Source of the DNA: Octopus bimaculoides
Taxonomy: Eukaryota
NCBI RefSeq assembly: GCF_001194135.2
Contig: NC_068992.1
Coordinates: forward strand, 33,506,402 to 33,570,401
DNA length: 64,000 bases
Reading direction: 5' to 3'
Shown: positions 12,145-23,380 of the stretch, one piece after another
How the letters are laid out: every line of letters begins with the position of its first letter
Numbering within the stretch: position 1 is the first letter of the stretch
The notes under the pieces: generated by a model
Database searches by the model: none
Seen by the model: only the letters and a program-made list of their open reading frames with translations
Told to the model about the DNA's origin: nothing
Position numbers and translations under genes: made by a program

Positions 12145-15100
12145 TACATTCAACAACTACATTGCCATAGTCATTTGAATTGTTAGAAATAGCAGAGAAT
12201 TTTTCCTCAAATCATACTCTTCTATCTTAAACAAGGAAAGGACACATTAACTAATGCAGTCTGACATGCCCCTTAGAAATGAATGATGGTCATGGCTAGA
12301 ATGCATTTGATCATAAATTGGCTCCATCGTGCTTGAGTCATGGATAAATAAGTCAAACAGCACTTAAACATGCCATGAAATGAGTTAAATTAAGTTGCAT
12401 ACATTCATCCTTTAAATTATTGCATTATAAATATAGACAAAGCAATATATTCAACAGTAATCATATATGACAGAACAGGTTTTAAAAAATACCAAATGGT
12501 CAATAATATGACTTCAGGTACTTCTGCTCCCTAAGGCATACAAACTTATTCAGATTCATACATTTCACTATTCCATTGCAAAATGTTACTGTTTTTCTTG
12601 GAAACAATGTTTTTACTAACGGCAAACGTTTCTAACAAGTATATCGAATGCTTCCATTTGAAGTAAGGATTGATTTGGTCATATTTATTAATTGCCTTTA
12701 TACTAAATATATGATGTTAAGCAGATGTTAACAACAGCTATTCAGATATAGCAATGGTTGTTAAGTTAATTACTTTGTTTTGCTGCAAACTTGATATATA
12801 TTATTAGATGCACTCTACACCAAGGCTATGCATGTATCAAACACGATGAAATACTTTGGTGTACTTAACTGTTTTATATTTACTCATAATGGTTGATTAT
12901 GAGTAAATTGACCATTATGATTTACTCATAATGGTGTATACTAAGACAAAAACACATTATAAGGTATGTAATTTGTCTCGGTTTCAAAATATATGATAAA
13001 ATATCAGTTTTTAAAGAATACCTAAAAATATTAATTACATTGTTGAGGAAGATTGATGGAGCATGATACTAAAAACCTTGGCACAAAAATTTACAATAGT
13101 TTCTTAATAATATTTTATCACCAATTTTACACCAGAAGTATAAAAACAAACAAAAAGAACAATGACAATTTGTAGAAAATACTTTAGATTTTTTAAATTA
13201 CCATCATTTGGCTACCACTAGTGGTGCCAAAGCTTCCTTCTTGAAAGCAATACAGTCAGAGCCATATTAAATGATATAAAGATTTCTTCAAATAAAGAAG
13301 CAAATTCTAAATTTTCTTTCTAATAATTTATCATATTAAAGATGCATATAATTAATTTTAGGCTAATCAGCAATTACTTTTTAACAGAAATAATAATTAT
13401 GTTTTGTTTAAAGAAAATTAATATTAATCTTATATCAGAGAAGGCGATACTAGCAGGAACACATTTTACAAAATGCATTTTTTCTAAATATGGGTATGCT
13501 GGAAAACTGATATCATCATCTATTTTGTAGAAATACATGTGCACAACAAGCTAAGCAAAACATTTAGCAGAAGCTAAGAGATATTCTTAAAATGGTATAA
13601 GTTTTGCAAACAAAGTTTAAGTGTTCTTGTTTACCTCACAGTGAGGGTAAGTTGGAACATGTTAATGGACATACCAGTAACTATTAGACAATTCAAGAAT
13701 TATGTTAGCATCATTTATCATTTCAGTTTTGAATTCCAATGCTGTATTGTATCATGTAACTTCATCTAGGTATGATTGATGATTGTCTTTTTGGTATGTC
13801 ACATATAAATAAGGTATATTAATTTACACCCATGTCTTTCTATTTACTCTAGCTTATAGACCAATACATCAACAAAAACAAAGATTTTGCCAACAACACC
13901 TTATTCTCTAACTGTTGTACAAAGATGGCAGAATAAATACAATGTCTGACTATTTGATCATCATCTGGTTTGTGATGTCAGAGCCTGCAAAAATGTTTTC
14001 TCAAAACATTTTATGATTTTGTTTGAAATATTCTTCTTAAAATGTTTGCTTCAAATGATCTTTACTCATACCATCAACTAATATAAAATAAAAGAAAACT
14101 ATTTTCTTTCTTTGCATACGTGCTAATTTACATGTGGTACATTGAACAGTAATGATCTTAACAGATGCAATGTAGACTACAGTAAGCAGAAGAAATAAAT
14201 TATTTGTTGCTTAATTTATTTCTGACAATATACTGAATATTTATAATAAGTGAAAATTTTACTTTTAGATGCAAAAGTATGTCAAACCTTTTTATATATT
14301 TGAAAAAACATTTGCCCTACTTGATGCCAATATAGTAGAAAAATAATATAAAAGGCTGTCCAAGATTCTTCACTACGTTCTTTGTTTCTGCTAAAAAGGA
14401 AATTTTCGATTTACTCCACATCGCAACTAACCCTGCTTTTCTCTGCCTTTGACAAGAAATGGTGCACCGAGAGACATTGTAATTTTCTACAGTCACTTTG
14501 GTCATTTCATTGATGCACAAATTTAATAATTGCTTGGAATGACTGAACAAAATAAAATAATATCACGCATTTCATACTGAGAAGCTGCTGTGGAGTTGTC
14601 AATGTACAATTTAGAGATATTTTATTTAGAAAAGCATTTCTTGAAGATTGGCAACTTTATACTGATTTAGGTGTTTTGTAGTGGAACTGCTAAGTTACTT
14701 ATATCCACCTCAGTACTTGATTACTATTTATTTTATTGACTCTAGAAAGATAAAAAAACAAAGCTGACTTCAGTAGAATTCGAACTGAGAATGTAAAGCA
14801 TCGTAATTAAATACCACAAAGCATTTAGTCTGCCATTCCAGCGATTCTGCCCAGTCATCACTCTTGAAACAAATAGATATTGAATATGCAAGGTTCAACA
14901 CCTACTTTCTAGACACTGATGGTTCTGAATCTCTTACAATCTACATTAATTAATGAACAGAAACTTCAAATTTCTACAGCTGCCTGGCTAGTTAACTGGT
15001 ACTTTGTACAATGCAACATTAATAAAATGGTAGCATTTATATTACTATACAAGTACCTTTATTTAATACTAGTCAACTTCAGAGTATGTTGACCAAGGCA

Positions 15101-15184
15101 GTTACTCTTGATTTGAAGAAATCAGTAATCAGGAAAGGCCCTAGAACTAGATGTTCTGAAAAACTGATGTTCTATCAATCTGTA

Positions 15185-16087
15185 CGAGAAGGTACACAAA
15201 AGTAACCAAAACCGTCCTCTGTGGGATATGCTCGTTGTAGTTCAGGCTTCCACAACTAGAAGCCGTTTGATGCAACCCTCAGGCATTAGTCTGACAACTG
15301 GTGGCATCGTGTGGAGTCGTACTGTCACGTGGTGCATGTTTATTTTGAAATGCTTTTCCCTTGTTCATCAATTTTTGTTTTGGCTGAAATGAAGGAACAG
15401 CATGCGTCCATGAAGTTCTGTTTTCAGCTGGAGAAAACGGCAGTCAAAACAGTTGTCATGCTTCAAACAGCTTACAAGGACACTGCCATGAGCAAAACAC
15501 AAGTTTATGAAATGGTTTTCACGCTTTGGATATAGTCAATTGCTGCTTGAAGACCAACCTCGTTCAGGGCAACCATCGACCACCCAAACAAATGCAAACA
15601 TCATTAAAATTCATGAACTGATCTTGGAAGACCATCATCAAAAACTTGACGATCAAGTTGATAGGAGTGGTGTGTCCTAGAACTCCTGCCAACGAATTTA
15701 GAGTGTGGAATTGCGAATAAAGAGTGTTCCAGCAAAATTTGTGCCTCGCATGCTCACAAAAGATCAAAAGCAGTCATGACTGACTGAATGTCATGAACTG
15801 AAAGAACAGTTGGAGGTTGATTCGGACCTCTTTCCAAGGTCATTCCTGGGGACGAAAGGTGGTGCTACGAAATTTGCAGATGTGGAAAAGGTGAAGAAAA
15901 ACCATGGAGGCATTAAAGGCATCACCCCGCAAGAGTTCCAGGACTGCTCCCAACAGTGGAAAATGCAACTAGACCAATGCATTGATTGAAATGAAGAATA
16001 CTTTGAAGGCAATAAAAGTGTAAACATTTAAAACTAAGTGAATAAAATAATATTGCAAAATTCCAGTTTCTTTTGGATACCTCCTCA
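15185..16087 (+). mobile_element. Mariner element, internally deleted and frameshifted
   Basis: EQHASMKFCFQLEKTAVKTVVMLQTAYKDTAMSKTQVYE (mariner HTH); ...VPRMLTKDQKQ; TIRs cgagaaggtacacaaaag / cttttggatacctcctca with flanking TA. Confidence 0.85.
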
Positions 16088-16112
16088 TATGTATATATAT
16101 ATATATATATAT

Positions 16113-16260
16113 GTTGCACAGGCACTTTCACATGGCACTGCACGGATGCTTTTACATGGCACCACATGGGCACTTTTATGAGGTACCGCACAGACACTGT
16201 TATGTGGCACCACACAGGTGTTTTTACATGGTACCCCACGAGTGCTTTACACCATGAAAA
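16113..16260 (-). repeat. ~21-bp minisatellite in RTE 3' UTR
   Basis: About 7 degenerate copies of ggtgccatgtaaaagcacccgtg (minus strand) directly after the RTE ORF end. Confidence 0.7.
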
Positions 16261-17571
16261 GGACCAGTTTTAACACTTCTGTTATGGAATACAGGCTTCT
16301 TGATTACAGCAAGGTACTAGGCATCTCAGTCCTTTCTCATTGCACCTGAAAGGTTTAGTGTCCTGAGATCGTTCTTCAATACTTCATCCAATGTCTTTCT
16401 GGGTCTCCTATTTTCATGTATTCCATATACTTTAAAAGATCAGCACTTCTTTATGGAACTGTCAGCATCCATCAACATTACATGAACAAACCAGTGCTGT
16501 CTTCTCTCTTGCACACAACAACCAATTTTTCTTATGCATAACTTTCTAAAAAACACTAGCACTCTATCAAACATGTACACTTACATTACACATCCAGCAA
16601 AACATACTCACCTCATTCCTTTCTAACCTGTACATGTTCTCTGTATGCAGGGTCCATGTCTCACTACCATGTAGAATTGCTGTCTGTATACATGCATCAT
16701 ACAATCTTCTTTTCACTTGGAGAGAGAACCCTATCATGGTCAACAGAGGTAACAGCTCTCTGAATTTCCTCAATCCTATTCTTATTCTAGCTATTACATT
16801 CTCCATACATCCTTCCCCACTATTGATTTGGTCCTCTAGGTAGCAAAAATTATCGACTACTTCTAATGACCTACCAGAGCATTTGAGAGAATCATTTTCC
16901 TGAGTCTCTATTTATGAATCCTGGGCATCTTCCACATACGGAAACTATCTTCTCTGATAACCATCCTATTAATCCATTACACCTTTTGTGTGTCCATAGC
17001 TTACACTGGGTACACTATATAGAGTTCCTGCCTACACTTTTCCTATAAATTGAACTGGGTCACCTACCTGAGTGAGGTAGGATCCTGTCACATTTTTGGC
17101 TTACTAGGACCTTAGTCTTTGCTAAATTAACCTTAAAGCCCTTAAATTCCAAGTGTTGCTTTCACGCCTGGAATTTCTCATCTAGTTCTGATATGGAATC
17201 TGCTAAGAGAGCATATAGTAGTTCCCAGGGGCTGCCGCCAGTCTTGAATTCTTCTACTATAGCCAGGAAGATAATGATTAAGGGGTGGGGACTAAGGACT
17301 GAGCCTTGATGAACCCTTACTTTTACACCAAATTCTTCATTGTACTCATGGTTAACTCTCATCTTACTGACAGCATCTTTGTACATGACCTGTACAACTT
17401 TCACCAGCCATTCATTTGTCCCTATCCTCCTCAGAGCCCACCATATCACACAGTAGGGCACTTTATCAAAAGCTTTCCCTAGATGAATGAATGCCAGGTA
17501 TAATGGTCTATTCTTAACTAAGTACTTCTCTTGCAGTTGCCTGACTATGAAAATAACGCCAGTAGTGTTTC

Positions 17572-18954
17572 TGTGGTATGACGTCAGTGACTGGGGAGCT
17601 GACCGGAAGGGCGAGTTGACCAAAAGAGGAAGACGGGCAGAGGGAGCCTCGATCAGGCTTTGTGCCCTTTTCGAACGGGGTCGTGGTCAGGAGAGGACGT
17701 GCTAAGCGACGGTCTAGGCTTGGGAGAAGCAGCTGCCATTCCTAGTGTTCTTCGGGTCGGGGCAAGCTTCGAGGATTGGATACCGCAAGACAGAAGAAAG
17801 GAAAACAGAGGTAAGGCGATTACATCTACTCGCACGCATACACCACAAGCTATTTTGGCGTGATAAGTGTGAAGAAGCAAGTGAATGGTCACTGTATTGG
17901 TCAAAAGATGCATTGCTAGGCATATTTGCTAAGGTCGGAGCAACAGTAGCGTAATACTAGTCACGGTTATCTAAGTGCGTGTCGGCTTCATAACCATAAT
18001 CCATTTCCAGTGAATATCCAAAATTCATTGTTCCACATTCTTCTAAAGCTCTCCTTTTTCAATTTGTTGGCTACAGGTTGTCTTTCAATGCAACTTTGGA
18101 CAACGGGGCGGTGTTTCATTCGGAAGCGTTGGGAGAGATGCTTGACCAGTGGAAGGTGCGATAATTATTTAGAGCGGCGTATAGGCCGAGCGGCAACGGA
18201 ATCATTGAGAGGCACCATCGGATGATCAAGGCCATGGCTGAAAGGAGGCACATTTCGCCCCTGGAAGCGATCTACTGGTATAGCATGTCTCCCCGATCCG
18301 GACAAGCGGAAGAGTCTGTGCCGCACAGAGCAGTGTTCAAGTATGAATGGAGGCATCCCAGTAAGACGCCGGAGTTCTGCGAGGAAGAGAAGGGGCCCGC
18401 CAGTGTGAAAGTAGGGGAGGACGTTTGGGTCAAGCCGCCGAAGGCACGCTGCACATCACAATGGGGCAGGGGAACAGTGACAGTGGTCAATTCCAGAAAC
18501 AATGTATCTGTGGATGGAATGCCGCATCACGTGCTGGACCTGCACAGGATAGCCACTTCGTCGGATGACGAGCGCGATGGAAACGAGGCACCTGGCTTGA
18601 GAAGATTTCGATGTGTAAGGCGCCCGCCCGGTTGGATGGCGGACTTCGAATTGGAGTAGGGGTGAACATGATCTTTAAGATCAGGGTGGCGTGTGGTATG
18701 ACGTCAGTGACTGGGGAGCTAACCGGAAGGGTGAGTTGACCAGAAGAGGAAGAAGGGCAGAGGGAGCCTCGATCGGGATTTGTGCCCTTTTTGAACGGGG
18801 TCGTGGTCAGGAGAGGACGTGCTAAGCGACGGTCTAGGTTTGGGAGAAGCAGCTGCTATTCCTAGTGTTCTTCGGGTCGGGGCAAGCTTCAAGGATTGGA
18901 TACCGCAAGACAGACGAAAGGAAAACCAAGGTAAGGCGATTACATCTACTCGCA
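17572..18954 (+). mobile_element. Non-autonomous Gypsy LTR element (two 263-bp LTRs, integrase C-terminal half)
   Basis: LTRs TGTGGTATGACG...CTACTCGCA at 17572-17834 and 18692-18954; DNGAVFHSE...RAAYRPSGNGIIERHHRMIKAM...VKVGEDVWVKPP; purine-rich tract before the 3' LTR. Confidence 0.92.
18107..18659 (+). pseudogene. Gypsy integrase (rve core second half and C-terminus), one in-frame stop
   Basis: DNG-x-F-x-S and P-x-x-NG-x-x-ER motifs; ORF track 18222-18659. Confidence 0.88.
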
Positions 18955-19999
18955 GCCCACCATATTACACAGTAGGGCACTTTATCAAAGGCTTTCCCTA
19001 GATGAATGAATGCCAGGTATAATGGTCTATTCTTAACTAAGTACTTCTCTTGCAGTTGCCTGACTATGAAAATAATGCCAGTAGTGTTTCTTCCCCAGAC
19101 AAAACTGAATTACACTTCGTCTTGCCTAATTCTGCCCCTAATTAAATGGGCTATAATTTTCATCATCTAGTCTAAGAGTTTGATGCCTCTATAATTACTC
19201 TTTATCTGAAACATCACCTAACAATTATGCTGCTATGCCAGTCATTGGGTATTATGCCTTGCTGAATGACCTGATTAACTATGCAGGTGGCCAGCCCATA
19301 TCCCACCTAACTGGATATTTTGCGCATCTCAGCTGTGATTCTGGATAGATCCAGGGCTTTCCCAGTTTTCATGTTTTTAATTGCCTTATGATACATGCAC
19401 ACACACACACATCATATAGTTTTTGAATGGTAATAAACAAACTTTTTAGTGCACGTTATCTGAGAGAAATAGTCTAATTGGAGAATCAAAACTGCTGCAT
19501 TATTTAAGCTTCACCATAATTCAGTTAAACAATCATGAAAAACACAATGCAAAATGGTGAAGGGCTGAAAGAAAATAAAATGTCATAAAATGTAGTTAAA
19601 TTTTAAATTCTGATAAATCGACATATAGAAAATACCTTACATAATAACAGAAACCATTATAATAGATGGTGTAAGCAACATATGCTATTTCTTGACAGTT
19701 GGCAAAAAAAACTCCAGGGAGAGCAAAATAGCAGAAAGTCTTCAGAGAAGAAGACCCCTTCCATCATGCAAGTGTTTCAGCCCCTTTTACACTCCAAGGA
19801 AGCTGGGCTGCATCTAGATCATAACTCCTGGAGACTCCTCTGCTGCCACTGTGCAACTGTCTCTATTGCCCTCTCCTTGTTGGTTAAGATACACTTGAGC
19901 CAATGTACCTGAAATGTTGTAATGAGGTCTACCTGAGATGCCTGTTGATTGCAGGATAAATTATGCTTTCTAAAGTTCACTTCCATTTCTCTTTGACCC

Positions 20000-21100
20000 T
20001 AACTAATTGGAACTCTTTGTAATTGCTTTTACCATTGCCTTAAGGGTTCTAGTTTTCTTTCTCCCAGAAAGATATCTTAAGCAGATTTGCCCTCAAACTC
20101 TCTTAATCACAATCCATGGCAAGGATTTTGGTATTTGGAAGCCAGATTCTCTCAATCTGTGTAGTATATTTAAACTACCATATCATTCAGTCAAAAATTC
20201 TTTAAAAGTATTTACTTACAAACTATCATTTTCTCTGCAGAGAACAATGCAAGAAAGTACAAAGTAAACTACAAAAGAAAAACAAAACAAGACAAAGTTG
20301 TAATTTTACCTTATATTTCAAGAATATAACCCCTTCATCAGGATATTTGGAAAGGTACGTGATGGATAGAAAAGTCATTGCTCAGATATGTGGAGGAGGA
20401 AGGAGGAAGGTGACATGTGCAAACTGGTGCTGCTATAGTAACCAGCGTGTTTCATGTAGTTTCCTCTTGCTGTTAATGGCTGGTTTCAATTTGTTGATAA
20501 GGATGACCTCCATGATTTTGAGATTGCCCTTTATTGTATTGAGTAGCCCTGATGGATACCTTGAAATCCTGGATCTGGCTCTTCTGTAGGTGTATTGAAG
20601 TGTCTGTGAACATATGCTTTTTTATTTGAATGTGTCATTTTCTAGAGGTACCCTCAATGTAAGATGCCCTACATTTACTTTCTATATTAAGAAGTAGTCT
20701 GAAGTAGTTTGCAGCAAATGTGGGACATCCTACGTTGGGAGCATCACCAGAAACTGCATGTTCAAATCAAGTGCAAAGACACTTCGATTAAAAAAAAACC
20801 TACAAAAGAGCAAGACCCAGCATTTCAAGGTATCCATCATGGTCACTCAACACGATAGAACCAGTGTCAGAATTATGGAAGCCCTCTTTATCAACAAACT
20901 GAGACCAGCCATTAACAGCAAGAAGGAACTACATGAAGCAAACTAGTATCTATAGCAACACACCAGCCTATGCACGTCACCTTCTTCCTTCCCCCAATCC
21001 TGTCTGAGAAATGACTTTTCCATCCTTCACTTCCACAAATGTCCTGAAGAAGCAGTTATATAGAATATAAGATAAAACTACAATTTTGTTTTGTTTTCTT
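20000..21100 (+). mobile_element. Penelope-like element 3' region (linker and GIY-YIG) with an inverted copy of its own 3' end at ~20270-20640
   Basis: VVCSKCGTSYVG...IMEALFINKLRPAINSKKEL; 20400-20590 is the reverse-complement homolog of 20810-20990 (accagccattaacagcaag in both). Confidence 0.7.
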
Positions 21101-21679
21101 TTATTTTCCTTTTGTAGTTTATTTTGTACCTTCTTGCATTGTTCTGCCCATACACAACAAATCACTAGATACATAGCAATATAATTACACATGCCATTGG
21201 CAATTTTTTCTCCATCCTTGGACTTTTCCCTTTCTCTTTTCCAATGAAGAGCTATGCTCATAACATCAAACTCTCTCCTTTCACTGAGTGTCAAGCTAAT
21301 ATGTTTCTTGTGCACATCCTCAAGTTCGTTTTTTGTTTTTAAATAGTTTGTTTAGATGAACTGACTACAGTAATCTCTCACCATATTGAGGTTCACTTAT
21401 CGTGGTTTATTATTTAAGCTTACGTCGATTCCTACATGGTGTTGTGTTGCATTTACAATAAAATAAATATATACAAATTATTAAAATAATTAAAAAAAAT
21501 ATACAGTACATTACTGTTTCTACTTGGTGGATTTTTACCTACTGCAGGGGATGAGTTTGGAATGTAACACCCACGATAGTTGAGGTATTTCCAAATTTGT
21601 CTGATTTTCACGTTTTAGTTACAATCTTATAATAATATAATATAATATAATGAAATAATAGAATATTAAACGTCCATTT

Positions 21680-23380
21680 TGATTGAACTAGTACTTTCAT
21701 GCATTAAACTATGCAATATTCAAGTTCATATAGTTGTGGTGACAGTTGCGTTTTACAATTTACAACTTTAGTGAGATGGCTAAAATGTGTGCCTTAAATA
21801 CATTCGTATAGGCTTCAGAATGTTAAGTTTTGCAAACTGTATTCTGACCAATCAGTGTGTGGCTTCACTAAATTACATAAGTTGATTGGTGTTTGATTTA
21901 GGTGTCATGGTTTGTTGAACATGTATTTTGACCCTGGCTGAAGCAGTAAGTGTTTGGCTATTTTTAGGAATATTGTAAACAACATTTCCCAGGGATTTTT
22001 ACATTTTAATTATCATCATTACCATTATCATCACTTTTATTATTGTTGTCGTTGGTGGTGGTGGTGATGGTAGGGGTAGCTGTGGTAATAGAACTTTAAA
22101 CCCTGAAAAAAGATTATTTTTACTGACTTTTCTTTTGACTTAGTGGGTATTTTCCTGCTATCATTATCATGAGAACCTTTAGTATTGTTGTTAGTGATAG
22201 TTGTTGTAGCAGTAGAAATAGTACCTCTACATATTATTATTATTATTGTTTATTTAGTTTGGGTTGGAATTGATCAATAAAGTTCTTTTCTCTGATTTTT
22301 CTCTTGATTTCACTTGGACTGTGTAGTTTGTAGAATGGAAATATAGAAATATTATAAATATTTTCTAATCACATGTTGCTAGATGGTTACTCAAAGGTGT
22401 CTGATGAACATCTGGGTCTCTAATTTGCTCTCAGTACACACGTGAATGTTGTTATAGCGCATTTCGAGTCTGACACACATATAGTTCTTCACAATTCGGG
22501 CATTTGATGCAGTAAATCAAATTTCTGCTTTTACAGTTCATATTTGTGCTTTGTGAATGTTTTTCTGGTTTTGTGTTCATATATTGGCTGGTATGTATTA
22601 ATTGGCATGTGGCAGATTGGTTATCATTGCATTTAGATACAGTGAATGATTTATCTTTATTGCTAAGTTCAAACTTTGCCTTTGTTAATAATTTTTTCAA
22701 GTTTTTAGGCTATCTTTTAGTAAAAACCATAGCATGATCCATGATTATATCTTTTAATTCATAATGTTTGAGCAATGATTGGTAGGTTTGCTTTGGCAAT
22801 GTTGAAGATATTCTGGTGACGTGGGTTGTGTATCACTATAAATGGTATGACTTGTTTTTGTTTTCCTCTTCTTTGGGCTGTCTTAAGTTGTTTAATGGTT
22901 ATTTTTATAGCCTGCTGTATGCTATTTTCTATAATGAGAGACCAATATTTTTATTTGAGCAAAAATTCTCTTAGTTGTATTAGATGTTTGTTCCTGATAT
23001 TCGCATCTTCTACAATGGTACAAATTCTTCTGGCTAGGCAGATGTTGTGTTTTGTATGTGGTGGATGGCACAACTTAAAATTCAGGTATTGATATGTGTC
23101 TGTGTGTTTATAGTGTATATCTGTGGTAATGGTAGAGTCCTTTTTAATTATCTTTATACCTAGGAATGGTAATTTGGTACTACTCATCTCCTTTGTAAAT
23201 TGGAGAGATGGATGTAGGTTGTTCAGGAGGATATTGAACTCTTCCAGAGTATTTAGAAATTCTGTCCAGATTAATGAAGCAGTCGTCAAGGTATCTCTTC
23301 TATGCCTTTGCAATATACTTTCTAAATTCAGTGTTATAGCTTTCCTCTACTTCTCATATTTTTTTGTTGGCAAATTAAAG
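21680..23380 (-). mobile_element. Penelope-like element (RT thumb and GIY-YIG), decayed
   Basis: LNNLHPSLQFTKE...LPFLGIKI...TDIHYKHTDTYQYLNF..CHPPHTK...LARRICTIV; MNCKSRNLIYCIKCPNCEELYV. Confidence 0.9.
21684..21728 (-). ncRNA. Degenerate type I hammerhead ribozyme motif (core mutated)
   Basis: Minus strand: TGAAC-TTGAATA-TTGCAT AGTTTA ATGCAT-GAAA-GTAC-TA-GTTCA; homologous to 37343-37385. Confidence 0.65.

Larger units (their letters stand above)
16270..19330 (-). mobile_element. RTE LINE RT region, interrupted by a Gypsy mini-element
   Basis: FSFVWGRNTTGIIFIVRQLQEKYLVKNRPLYLAFIHLGKAFDKVP...VHQGSVLSP...WELLYA; RKFRELLPLLT...ILHGSETWTL. Confidence 0.9.

Noticed and set aside
22401-22407. CTGATGA motif
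   Set aside because: No GAAA or helices; antisense to the Penelope ORF.
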